Below, piece after piece: positions 17,255 to 25,747 of a DNA stretch of 55,389 nt. Below the pieces are notes generated by a model. It searched no databases. It was given only the letters and a program-made list of their open reading frames with translations, and was not told where the DNA came from. Within the stretch, counting starts at the first letter, position 1; each line of letters starts with the position of its first letter. The translations under genes and the position numbers were made by a program. This DNA is from a virus (Duplodnaviria; Caudoviricetes): positions 1 through 55,389 of IMG/VR virus record IMGVR_UViG_3300046811_000055, one strand, 5' to 3'.

Positions 17255-17568
17255 TGCTGAGGTGGCTCCGACGACTCGCTTCTGGCGGCGAGGTGCGCCC
17301 GCAGGGTCCGGGGGATTCGATTCCGGTCACCCTGCACAAGGCCGCCGTGCACGCCATCGTCTCGGTCGAACGCCAGGTCATGGCCGTGCCCGAGGTAGAC
17401 GGCTCCCGAATGACGGCCGAGTGGCACGGTGGTCCGTACCTCATGAAGAACGTCGAGCGCGAGGTCAGCGTCATCATGTGCCTGTGCGGAGAGGACGGAT
17501 GGGCCTACCGGGACGAGGACGTCCCGACTGTCTTCGCCGTCCACCTCCGTGAGGTGACCTTCCCGTGA
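17254..17568 (+). CDS. Hypothetical protein
   Basis: 104 aa, coupled on both sides. Confidence 0.55.
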   Translation: MLRWLRRLASGGEVRPQGPGDSIPVTLHKAAVHAIVSVERQVMAVPEVDGSRMTAEWHGGPYLMKNVEREVSVIMCLCGEDGWAYRDEDVPTVFAVHLREVTFP

Positions 17569-18053
17569 CCCGTATCGGGCATCGGCTGCTCGGGGGATGC
17601 TGTGGGCTCGCCCTCGCCACGGTGGCTAGCCTTCCGGCCTTTGAGGCGGTCGCTGTAGCCATCATCGCCGCCGTGGTGGCCCCGTGGCCCGACGTCGACC
17701 AACGGCGCTGGTGGCGGGACTGGTTCGGCGAGATCAAGGCCCTACGGCATCGGCGGCTCACGCACTGGTGGGGAGTGCCGACCGCGCTCCTGCCGCTGTT
17801 CTTCCTGCTGCACGGCCCGCTCGCGTGGCTGCTCGGAGCGGCACTCACGGGCTGGTATTCGCACCTCGCCGGCGACTGGGTATTCGGCAAGCGCGGGCCA
17901 GCAGTAACAGGCTGGCGTGGCCCCGGCATCCCGCTCGCTCCCTGGTGGGGCTACCACGGCCTGGGCCTGAAGTGCGGCGGCAAGGCGGAGAGATACGGCG
18001 CGTGGCCCATTCTGGCCGGCGCGCTGGCAGTGCAGGTCTGGTTCATGGCATGA
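17565..18053 (+). CDS. Membrane-bound metal-dependent hydrolase (YdjM-like)
   Basis: PDVD, HRRLTH, SHLAGD and GIPL motifs with TM helices. Confidence 0.8.
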   Translation: MTRIGHRLLGGCCGLALATVASLPAFEAVAVAIIAAVVAPWPDVDQRRWWRDWFGEIKALRHRRLTHWWGVPTALLPLFFLLHGPLAWLLGAALTGWYSHLAGDWVFGKRGPAVTGWRGPGIPLAPWWGYHGLGLKCGGKAERYGAWPILAGALAVQVWFMA

Positions 18054-18183
18054 GCTACATCCGGTGGGCACTCGCTCGACTCGGATACGCCGTTCGCCCC
18101 TACGACATGCTTGCTGACCAGCGACGATGGTTCTGGCAGCCTCGACAGCACTGCGGATTCCCGATCCGGAAAAGGAAGTAACC

Positions 18184-18411
18184 GTGACGACGTCGGATGC
18201 ACCGGCAAGGCTCAGCCGCCCGGACGCCGCAAGATACTTGGGCCTGTCGATCGGCACCCTGCGCAACTATCACCAGCAGGGGAAACTCAGCCCAGAAGTG
18301 GACGAGCGTGGCCAGTGGTGGTATCCCCTGGCCACGCTCGATGAGTTCGTCTCGGTCAATCAGTTGCTGTGCTCCCGGGGGATTCGTCCCGCTCGGTCAG
18401 AGAGCTCATGA
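18184..18411 (+). CDS. MerR/excisionase-like HTH protein
   Basis: DAARYLGLSIGTLRNY...G.WWY. Confidence 0.7.
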   Translation: MTTSDAPARLSRPDAARYLGLSIGTLRNYHQQGKLSPEVDERGQWWYPLATLDEFVSVNQLLCSRGIRPARSESS

Positions 18412-18658
18412 CCGGATACAGGTCAGGCATGCTCAGGCAGGCGTCGATCACCTCGCTCACGATGGCGAGATCCTTCGGGATTTTGCCGCCCGCGCGGCCG
18501 AAGTTGGCGCCCCGTACGTACGCCATGACGGCAGCCTCCATGACCAGCCGCGCCTCTTGCTGCGTCATGGCGTGGATGGTGGCGTTCATCCGGTCGACCC
18601 GGATCTGCTCGCGCTCGGCGAGGTACGCCACGATGCTCGGGGGAAGGGCTTCGGTCAT
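18356..18658 (-). CDS. Hypothetical protein
   Basis: 100 aa, ATGA coupling. Confidence 0.6.
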   Translation of the reverse strand: MTEALPPSIVAYLAEREQIRVDRMNATIHAMTQQEARLVMEAAVMAYVRGANFGRAGGKIPKDLAIVSEVIDACLSMPDLYPVMSSLTERDESPGSTATD

Positions 18659-19356
18659 GATCGCGCCGCCTTCAGTTCTCGGGTCAGGTCCGCAGCGGCC
18701 TGAGTGCTGATCCTGTAGCCCTGCTCCTTCAGCTTCTCCACCAGCGACGCCCGGTTGAGTTTGTCCCCGAGTTCCTCAGCGATCTCGCGGGCAGCGGACA
18801 ACCGGGCGTCGCTGTCCTGTGCGGGGACAGGCTTGCGGACAGGCATCGGGCGGACAAAGCCGTTTGTCCTCGGGTTGTCCTCGGGGACAACGGACGGGAC
18901 GGGCTTGTCCTCCGGCATGATCGCCGGACCGACCTGAATCGTCTTGCGGACAGGCTTGGGGACAGCGACCGGAGCGGGCTTGTCCTCTGTCCGCGCCGGA
19001 CGGGACAGGACGAAGGTCGCCACGATCATCGCTCCGTCGATCGCGAGCGGGTAGAGGACAGCGGACACGTCCGACTCCCCGTAGCTCTTGGCCAGAGTCG
19101 AGATGTGGTCATAGGAGATCGCGAAGCAGAGGAACGCCACGACGCCCGTCGTCACCCGGATCCACCAGCGCCCGTCCTGGGCGGCCACGTGGAATGCGAT
19201 GAACAGGAGGACGGGAACGACCGCACTGAGGGCCTTGGCTCCCGGGTTCTGGTGCGCGTGCGCGTAGTTGGCAGCAACCGTGGCCAACGTGCCAGCGCCG
19301 AGGAGCAGGTACGCCATGCCTCGCCCGCTGAAGAGCTTGCCCAGTTTCGCCCTCAT
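18655..19356 (-). CDS. DUF2637 / SpdA-like membrane protein with C-terminal HTH-like domain
   Basis: Four TM helices, AISYDH...LYPLAIDG motif, Pro-rich linker, helical C-terminus. Confidence 0.7.
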   Translation of the reverse strand: MRAKLGKLFSGRGMAYLLLGAGTLATVAANYAHAHQNPGAKALSAVVPVLLFIAFHVAAQDGRWWIRVTTGVVAFLCFAISYDHISTLAKSYGESDVSAVLYPLAIDGAMIVATFVLSRPARTEDKPAPVAVPKPVRKTIQVGPAIMPEDKPVPSVVPEDNPRTNGFVRPMPVRKPVPAQDSDARLSAAREIAEELGDKLNRASLVEKLKEQGYRISTQAAADLTRELKAARS

Positions 19357-19637
19357 GACTCACGCCCGTAGTCGTCACAGATACTCGCGTGCCCGTTAAC
19401 CCCACCGCAGAGCGGGCATGCGGGGGAGCCGAGATGGTTGGCCCCGTTCGGGTCCTCGCCGCACTCAACGCATCGGGTCGGGTCCGAAACGCGCACCTTC
19501 GCTCGGTGCACTCCCGGAGCGATCACCGTGTACCCCAGCTCCCGCAGAGCCGCCGCATACTCGTCCGCCTTGCGCTCAAGGAACTTCATGCGTCGAACCT
19601 GGTTCGCCTTGGCCGTCCGCTCCTGCGGCGTGGTCAT
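19353..19637 (-). CDS. Hypothetical Zn-finger protein
   Basis: CVEC..H and CPLC..H..C. Confidence 0.55.
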   Translation of the reverse strand: MTTPQERTAKANQVRRMKFLERKADEYAAALRELGYTVIAPGVHRAKVRVSDPTRCVECGEDPNGANHLGSPACPLCGGVNGHASICDDYGRES

Positions 19638-19762
19638 CGCTCGATCGCCCGGTAGAGGTTACGGATGGCGTAGCCAGCCATGTAGAGGAGCGTCACGAGC
19701 GCCTCGAACAGCCGGATGAGCCAACGGTTAATTGCGCTGTGAATGTTCCGCATCGTCTCCAT
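19634..19762 (-). CDS. Small leaderless membrane peptide (42 aa)
   Basis: METMRNIH...; ATG 7 nt after TACAAT. Confidence 0.5.
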   Translation of the reverse strand: METMRNIHSAINRWLIRLFEALVTLLYMAGYAIRNLYRAIER

Positions 19763-19769
19763 GCCAAGA

Positions 19770-19810
19770 ATTGTACCCCACGTCAACGTCCAACGTCAAC
19801 GTCAACGTCA
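19770..19810 (-). promoter_or_regulatory. Promoter overlaid with TTGACG direct repeats
   Basis: TTGACG-N18-TACAAT; about five tandem GACGT-core units at 19780-19810. Confidence 0.7.
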
Positions 19811-19825
19811 CTGGACGGAGACAGC

Positions 19826-19860
19826 AAAACGCCCCTCCCGGGGGCGTTCGGGAGGGGCGA
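19826..19860 (-). terminator. Intrinsic terminator of the late/lysis operon
   Basis: CGCCCCTCCCG...CGGGAGGGGCG followed by TTTT. Confidence 0.8.
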
Positions 19861-19863
19861 GTG

Positions 19864-19990
19864 CTGGACAGCAAGGCGGGTCAGATTTGAACTGACGGGC
19901 GGACACGGGCTCGTGGCGTCAGGGGTCTGACGCTAGGAGATCGACTCGACCACCAACCGCGAATACTCATCTGGTCCTAGCATTGTCCAG
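19864..19990 (-). ncRNA. Putative structured RNA containing a T arm
   Basis: Closing stem CTGGACA/TGTCCAG; GCGTCAG/CTGACGC hairpin; GTCAG-TTCAAAT-CTGAC. Confidence 0.5.
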
Positions 19991-20037
19991 ATGTCCGGGC
20001 AGGCCGCTCCCGGCTACGCACCTTGCCGTGTGAAACC

Positions 20038-20403
20038 CTACGCCTTCTCGTAGACCGCCATGCGCGTCCGGCCGAGGTTGGGAACGACGACCACGCCGAA
20101 GGCTCCGAGGATGGCGACAATAACCATCCACCACTCGCCACGGTCCAGCCCGCCCGCGACGACGGCGGGAGTGAGCACGCCGGCCACGGCCAGCACGACG
20201 GCACTAATCTCCTTGGCAAACCGAGCCGCACCGTCCGCGAGGTTCGGGGTGACGAGCGTCTGCACCGCATTGGCCAACGCCACCGCGACTACGGTCCACT
20301 CCAGCACGCCGTGGATGCCACCCGAGGTGACGCCCGCGATGCCCGCACCGACGAACCCGGCGAACGCGACGATGGCCTTGAGGTGAGCCTTGATCCAGCT
20401 CAT
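20038..20403 (-). CDS. Holin-like membrane protein
   Basis: Four TM helices in two repeats each ending in PN; KAIVA motif; in lysis cassette. Confidence 0.7.
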   Translation of the reverse strand: MSWIKAHLKAIVAFAGFVGAGIAGVTSGGIHGVLEWTVVAVALANAVQTLVTPNLADGAARFAKEISAVVLAVAGVLTPAVVAGGLDRGEWWMVIVAILGAFGVVVVPNLGRTRMAVYEKA

Positions 20404-20617
20404 GACGTCCTGCTCTCTACTTGGTCGTACTCCGAATTCCAGTCGTGATCGTCGCGGTGCCCCTCGGGCATGCGGCATTGCTTCCCGTCGAACAGGTTCG
20501 TCCAGCATCGCCGTTCGACCGTCAGACCCACTCGCGCCGCAACCGATCCACCCATTCCCGTGCCCGCCGTTCGCGCCATGCTCGCCACCACCTCATGACG
20601 TCCCGCTCTCTACTCGG

Positions 20618-20932
20618 TTACGTTCCGACCTTTTGGTCAGTCCCGTCCCAAACGAACTCGCCGTCCTCGCCAACCGGACGATGCATCCGACAGCCCGTGC
20701 AATAGGTGGCCCCATAGAAGCCCGGGTCTCGCGCGTAGGTCTCCGCGATCTTGGCAGACATGGTGGTCAATGCCCCACATGCCTGATGAACGTACGAACT
20801 GCGGACCGGCCGGACGAACCCCTTCGCTCGCTCGGCATCTGAGAGTACGAGGTAGGCCGCCGCCTGAGTCGTTGGTTCGGCATCCGCCCCGCGCGTCAGG
20901 CTCGGGTCAGTTGGGTCGCTGGTCAGCCCCAC
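20618..20932 (-). CDS. Zn-binding hypothetical phage protein
   Basis: FVRPVR.SY.H..CG..T.M...IAETYARDP.FYGATYC..C. Confidence 0.65.
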   Translation of the reverse strand: MGLTSDPTDPSLTRGADAEPTTQAAAYLVLSDAERAKGFVRPVRSSYVHQACGALTTMSAKIAETYARDPGFYGATYCTGCRMHRPVGEDGEFVWDGTDQKVGT

Positions 20933-20941
20933 GACTCCTCC

Positions 20942-21886
20942 TCAGGCTTCCGCGCGGCGGATGTGCCGCTCGGACTGTGCGCTATCCGGGATGGCCGCCG
21001 CGGTGACGACCGGCCCGCAGTGCTCCAGATCGTCCACGGTGACCGGGTCGCCGTAGAGCGCCTTCATGTCCTCGTACTCGGCCGACGAGACGTAGAGCCG
21101 GTACTTACCGGTCGGTGCCACCGCGGCGAGGTAGACGGCGTTGTTGCCGGATTCCATGACTAGCTTCACGTGCTCGTCTCCCTTGCTCGGTCGAACCGGC
21201 GGAGGTGGCGGTGGCTTGGGCGAGCGGGTGGCCACCGCCAGGAAGGACCCCACCGTGCCCTTGGTCATGTTGACGTCGCAGACGCCCGGGTCGCCCGGGA
21301 CGTTCGCGGTCGAGGTGAACTGCAAGATCAGCGGCGAGTAGCCACCCCAGGGGGCCCAGCCCGTGGTGATCCTCCCCGCGAGTGAGGTGATCGTCCCGCT
21401 TCCGGTGACGTACGCCGACTGCCACCAACGGCCGCCAACGAGGGGCATGAGCTGGCTCGCGCCGACCCCGAGCCCCGACCAGTACCACTTGGGGAAGTAG
21501 CCACAGAGCGGGTAGGAGTCCGTCAGCAGGTTCCACGAGCGGACGAACCCCTGCACGTCCGCGAGCCCCACGCCCGTGCCCTCTGCGTCGAGCTGGAGCG
21601 TGAGCCCGTTGATCGAGCCGTAGCCGGCCACGAGCGCGTCGAGGAAGTTCTTGGCCTGAGCGGCGTAGTTCCCGGGACGGAGCCAGTGGTACCCGCCCCG
21701 GATGCGGAACCCCGCCCGCTTGATCGCGGGAGCGGCCGACGCAAAATAGGCGGACGTCGCCGAGAGCGTCTGCCCGGGGGTGCCCTCGGTCGCTTTGCAG
21801 AGCACGCCCTCAATCCCGGCAGCCTTGACCTTGGCGTAGTCGATCGTCCCGTTGTAGCGGCTGACGTCGATCGTGTAGAAGGTCAC
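20942..21886 (-). CDS. Endolysin, GH25 muramidase
   Basis: IDVSRYNG, KATEG, GYHW, LDAE, LQFTS and DVN motifs. Confidence 0.9.
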   Translation of the reverse strand: MTFYTIDVSRYNGTIDYAKVKAAGIEGVLCKATEGTPGQTLSATSAYFASAAPAIKRAGFRIRGGYHWLRPGNYAAQAKNFLDALVAGYGSINGLTLQLDAEGTGVGLADVQGFVRSWNLLTDSYPLCGYFPKWYWSGLGVGASQLMPLVGGRWWQSAYVTGSGTITSLAGRITTGWAPWGGYSPLILQFTSTANVPGDPGVCDVNMTKGTVGSFLAVATRSPKPPPPPPVRPSKGDEHVKLVMESGNNAVYLAAVAPTGKYRLYVSSAEYEDMKALYGDPVTVDDLEHCGPVVTAAAIPDSAQSERHIRRAEA

Positions 21887-22080
21887 GTGCCCTCCGCCGC
21901 TCGCCGGGCGACCTCGGCCGATGCGAAGACGATCGGCTCCCAGCCGCGGGGTTCGCCCGTCTTTTCGTCCGTGTAGCCGCGGCCGTCATGCTCCGCCTTG
22001 GCCACCCACCCACCGCCGTACTTGGCGTTGAGCGCATCGGCAGCGGCCTGCGCCTCCTTCAGGGCGTCGGCTCGAATCAT
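21883..22080 (-). CDS. Hypothetical protein
   Basis: 65 aa, coupled. Confidence 0.5.
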   Translation of the reverse strand: MIRADALKEAQAAADALNAKYGGGWVAKAEHDGRGYTDEKTGEPRGWEPIVFASAEVARRAAEGT

Positions 22081-22382
22081 CGGGTCTCCTCACTTCGCAG
22101 AGAGCGGACGAGCAGGTAGACGCGCTGCCAGATGACCAGCACGAGCAGGGCGTAGGTGGCCAGCCCGACGTAGATCAGCCATTCGAGGTTGGGCCAGAAG
22201 TACCGCAGCGTCCGGACGACCAGCACGCCGGCCAGCGCGACCATGAAGTACATCATGTGCCGGCCGAGCGAACTCTCACGCCAGCGCGCCCGGCTCCAGT
22301 AGATGACGATGAAGACAACGACCCCCACGAGCATGAGCACGCCGAGTATCCCCGTCGCCAAGCGTGCCGCGTCGTTCCCCAC
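22077..22382 (-). CDS. Three-TM lysis membrane protein (putative holin)
   Basis: W..S.LGRH.M motif with three TM helices. Confidence 0.65.
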   Translation of the reverse strand: MGNDAARLATGILGVLMLVGVVVFIVIYWSRARWRESSLGRHMMYFMVALAGVLVVRTLRYFWPNLEWLIYVGLATYALLVLVIWQRVYLLVRSLRSEETR

Positions 22383-22621
22383 TACGCCTCCCGGTGATGC
22401 TTTGGCCGCGGCCTCATTGCACGCGCCAACTCGTCGAGGAACGGGTCGGGCCCTGTTTCCCTACGTACCCGCTCCAGCCCCGCCGAGACGTCGTGCACGT
22501 CCTTCCAGCGGTCCTTTGTCTCCTTCAGCCCGCGCTCTGCCTGGATCCGGGCCTGCCGTCCCTCCTCTTCGGTGGGCATCTCTGGCTCTCCCTTCTTCCG
22601 GCATCGCCTAGGCCATCTCAT
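22382..22621 (-). CDS. Small lysis-cassette protein
   Basis: Helical ORF between two membrane-protein genes. Confidence 0.5.
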   Translation of the reverse strand: MRWPRRCRKKGEPEMPTEEEGRQARIQAERGLKETKDRWKDVHDVSAGLERVRRETGPDPFLDELARAMRPRPKHHREA

Positions 22622-22874
22622 CTCGGACCTTCCCGAGTACGGGGTATGCGGCTTCCATGAGCCTCTGCTGCTGCGCCATCAGAATGTCGGCGCGGACGCT
22701 GTGCGCCGTGGCCGCTGCCCACGCATCGGTCAACTGCCGCTGGTAAGTCGCTTCAAGCCGATCGACCTGTCCCCGAGGTACCAGCCATCCCCGGACGATC
22801 GAGATGATGACACCTCCCACGATGGCAGACAGGCCACCGGTTGACAGGATGTCTGCGGTTACCCAATCGAGCAT
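22608..22874 (-). CDS. Membrane protein with coiled coil (lysis cassette)
   Basis: TM helix followed by RGWLVPR motif. Confidence 0.65.
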   Translation of the reverse strand: MLDWVTADILSTGGLSAIVGGVIISIVRGWLVPRGQVDRLEATYQRQLTDAWAAATAHSVRADILMAQQQRLMEAAYPVLGKVRDEMA

Positions 22875-22891
22875 GACCTACGGTCTCTCTC

Positions 22892-23734
22892 TCATGCGTG
22901 CTCCTGAATCCACGAGACCACCCGGTCGTACGCGTGCTTGAGTTCGTCCAGCACGGTCAGTACCGGGTTGGGCTCGGGTGCCGGAGCACTGATCGGCACG
23001 GGCACGGTGACGTCACCGTCCTGCTTGAGCAGACGACCCCAGTCCGTGAAGGACATCTGGAACTCGCCGAGGCCAACGCCGGACGCCGGATCGATCGAGC
23101 CGCCCCACCCGAGGCCCCAGGAATTCCGGCAGAGAACGCGCTCGGTCACGGTGTCGATTCCGTACACCAGGAACTCGTGCCCGCCTTCCAGCCCGGTGAG
23201 CACCTTGGGGAGGTGGACCACGCCGTAGGCGTCCGGGCGGTCGAACATCCCGTACCAGTTGACGCCCGTGATCACCGGACCGTCGTTCGCGATGGTCGCC
23301 AGAGCGTCATCGAGAGAGAAGGTGTGCCGATAGCCGCTGATCAGCCCGACCTGCTGCGCCGCCTTGCTGACCGAAACCCCGTCGCTTCCGGTGTCGTCCG
23401 GGGGGAATGTCCCATTGAAACCGTCCAGCGTGGTCGCCAAGGCGTAGATCACGTCCCGCGCGACACCCTCTGTGGCCTGGTACTTCGCCTTGAGAGCGTC
23501 CGTGAGGGCCGTAAACACGTTGCCGGTATAAACAGCACCCAGCATCGCGTTTCCTGTACAACTTCCGGTCTGCCCCTGGTCCAGCACGGCGTAGTTACGG
23601 GTCCACTGTCGCGAAACGAGCGCCGTGCTGCTCGGCCGGTGTGCGTACGCCCTTGATCGCGGGTCGTGGTTGACGTGCCGGCCAAGCCCACCCGGAGCCA
23701 TCGACCTGTCCGCGTGCTCGATCTCCGTTGCCAT
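22892..23734 (-). CDS. Papain-like C1 cysteine peptidase
   Basis: DQGQTGSCTG, GGHE and RNSWG catalytic motifs. Confidence 0.85.
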   Translation of the reverse strand: MATEIEHADRSMAPGGLGRHVNHDPRSRAYAHRPSSTALVSRQWTRNYAVLDQGQTGSCTGNAMLGAVYTGNVFTALTDALKAKYQATEGVARDVIYALATTLDGFNGTFPPDDTGSDGVSVSKAAQQVGLISGYRHTFSLDDALATIANDGPVITGVNWYGMFDRPDAYGVVHLPKVLTGLEGGHEFLVYGIDTVTERVLCRNSWGLGWGGSIDPASGVGLGEFQMSFTDWGRLLKQDGDVTVPVPISAPAPEPNPVLTVLDELKHAYDRVVSWIQEHA

Positions 23735-23741
23735 GGTTCTC

Positions 23742-24440
23742 CTAGAGCTGCTCGGTGACGGTCATCGAGTACCAGTCTCCCGTGTTGACCTGGATGGTGC
23801 CCGCTCCCGATCCGTTGGTGACCTGCACGATGCAGTTGTACGAGCCCGCAGCCAAGGACGGGATGACCGTCGACCCCGTGGCCACGCCGCGCTGAGTGAA
23901 GTTCGTGGTGCCCGACCCGCCGCCGCCGATCGTCTGAATGTCGAACGGGTACGTCCCGATCGTGTAGACCGTCCCAGAGATGTTCACCCCGAGCTGGAGC
24001 TGGGCGCCGGTGGCGTTGGCCCATCCGGTGCACGTCGCGGAGATCACCAGGTTGGACGTGGCGTACCGCTTCACGATCGTGTTGGTGCCGCTGCCTGGGA
24101 TGGTGATGAAACCGCCCGTGGTCAACAGGAGGACCGACGTCGGGTTGCCCCGGACCTGGGCGTAGGCCACGTTCGTGCCGATGCCGATCTTGCCGAGCAC
24201 GATCATGTCCGAGCCCGACTTGACGATCCACATCGTGTCGCCCACGGTCGGCTGGAAGCTGTTCAGGCATTTGATGCCCACGACCAGCGTCGTCGTGTCA
24301 CCCGACAGGTACATCGAGCACGAGTTGTCCGGCGCATTGATCGCGGCCACCACGCCCTGCCGAAGCTGGGCGTACTGGAGGTTCTGCCCGTTGGCCGGAT
24401 CGTTGAGCTGGTCGGCCACCGCGACGATTGGGTCAGTCAT
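23742..24440 (-). CDS. Minor tail protein
   Basis: PTVGDTMWI...VLGKI N-terminal motif, beta-rich C-terminus. Confidence 0.7.
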   Translation of the reverse strand: MTDPIVAVADQLNDPANGQNLQYAQLRQGVVAAINAPDNSCSMYLSGDTTTLVVGIKCLNSFQPTVGDTMWIVKSGSDMIVLGKIGIGTNVAYAQVRGNPTSVLLLTTGGFITIPGSGTNTIVKRYATSNLVISATCTGWANATGAQLQLGVNISGTVYTIGTYPFDIQTIGGGGSGTTNFTQRGVATGSTVIPSLAAGSYNCIVQVTNGSGAGTIQVNTGDWYSMTVTEQL

Positions 24441-25609
24441 GTCAGCGGCTGCACAATCCGACGCGCGCGCGTCTGTAGAGTCTGGTTCCCGTTCGCCCGG
24501 ATGGGCACCCCGAAGGAATCCACGATGCAGTACTGCTCGGAGATCGGCGGGTTGTCCGTGAGGGTGGCGCGGGTGGACGAGACCTTGACGACGTCGCCCA
24601 CCTCGAACGCCGGGTTGGGCAACGTCGGCACCTCGATCGACTGGAGGAAGCCGAGTTGGCCCTGCAACTCCATCTGCGCCCGCAGCGTGGCCTGAGCCTG
24701 ACTGGCTATCGTCTCGTCCCGGATGAACGGTGCGTACCGCTTGCCGTAGGCAGAGCCCCACTGGGTAGGCGAGTTGGGATCGTTGTCCGTCGCGATCGCC
24801 ATGATGGGCGCCGGAAGGTTCGAGTTCTCCGCAACCACGATGACACCGTTGTAGCCTTCCCCGGTCCATGTGCGCTTCACGCCGGCCAGCCCGATGTTGT
24901 CCGGGTCGGTGTCGTCGTACGTCCAGACCGGCGGGTCGCTCTCGTTGGGCTCCGGCCGCATCGTGGCCACGCCCATCGGGTCGAAGTAGAGCCGGTACCC
25001 GAGGTTGGCCGCGAGCTTTTGGCAGATCTCCCACGGATCCGCCTCAGCGTCGAACGTCATGCCGTTGGTGTTCTCGTTGGTGAGCGGGAAGTTCATCGGG
25101 CAACCGGGGTAGGCCGTCTGGATCAACTGGCCGATGGTGTCGACGACGTTCGTGTTCGGGTTGATCGCCAGGATGAACGGCGTCTTCTCGCCCGAGATGA
25201 TCCAGCTGCGGTCGTAGGCCGTGCTCAGGCTGATCATCGGGAAGTCGACTTCGGCCACCGTGAAGCGGAAGGTCCCGATGGGCACGTACTCGACATCAGG
25301 CAGCCCGGAGGCAAGCCGGTTGTTGAACATGATCCCGCGATACAACCGGATCTGACGCCCGCCAGGGACGAGCAGGTCGTTGACGTCCCGGGGTGAGAGG
25401 TCCCCCGTCCGGTCGATGATGCTGGCCGTGGCCGTCCGCTGCACGGCCGAGCGACTGGCCGTCACCGTACCGTCGATGAGCACGCCCTCGCCGTCGAGGG
25501 AGTAGAGCACCTGCTCGCCTTCGAGGATGTCCGCCTTGGCCACCACGAAGTGATCGCGCGTCAGGGCGTCCCGGAACCGGTCAGAGATCGGCCACACGGA
25601 GCGCCCCAT
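24437..25609 (-). CDS. Minor tail protein (hub-like)
   Basis: GRQIRLYRG..YVPIGTF and PNPAFEVGDVV; position after tape measure; start uncertain. Confidence 0.75.
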   Translation of the reverse strand: MGRSVWPISDRFRDALTRDHFVVAKADILEGEQVLYSLDGEGVLIDGTVTASRSAVQRTATASIIDRTGDLSPRDVNDLLVPGGRQIRLYRGIMFNNRLASGLPDVEYVPIGTFRFTVAEVDFPMISLSTAYDRSWIISGEKTPFILAINPNTNVVDTIGQLIQTAYPGCPMNFPLTNENTNGMTFDAEADPWEICQKLAANLGYRLYFDPMGVATMRPEPNESDPPVWTYDDTDPDNIGLAGVKRTWTGEGYNGVIVVAENSNLPAPIMAIATDNDPNSPTQWGSAYGKRYAPFIRDETIASQAQATLRAQMELQGQLGFLQSIEVPTLPNPAFEVGDVVKVSSTRATLTDNPPISEQYCIVDSFGVPIRANGNQTLQTRARRIVQPLT

Positions 25610-25747
25610 TCCAGTCAGGCTCGTGACGCCCAGATGGCGCCGCCGGACAGTCTGCGTAATCAGGGTTGTCGATCGGGCCGAGCCACCAGAAGCTGTTGCC
25701 CATCCCGGTGACGGGATTGATCAACTCCCGGCAGTGCTCGCACGTCG

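Noticed and set aside
19864-19990. Y RNA (YrlA) or tRNA-Sec assignment
   Set aside because: Arm order does not fit, no TCA anticodon arm, and no Ro60/TROVE gene in the window
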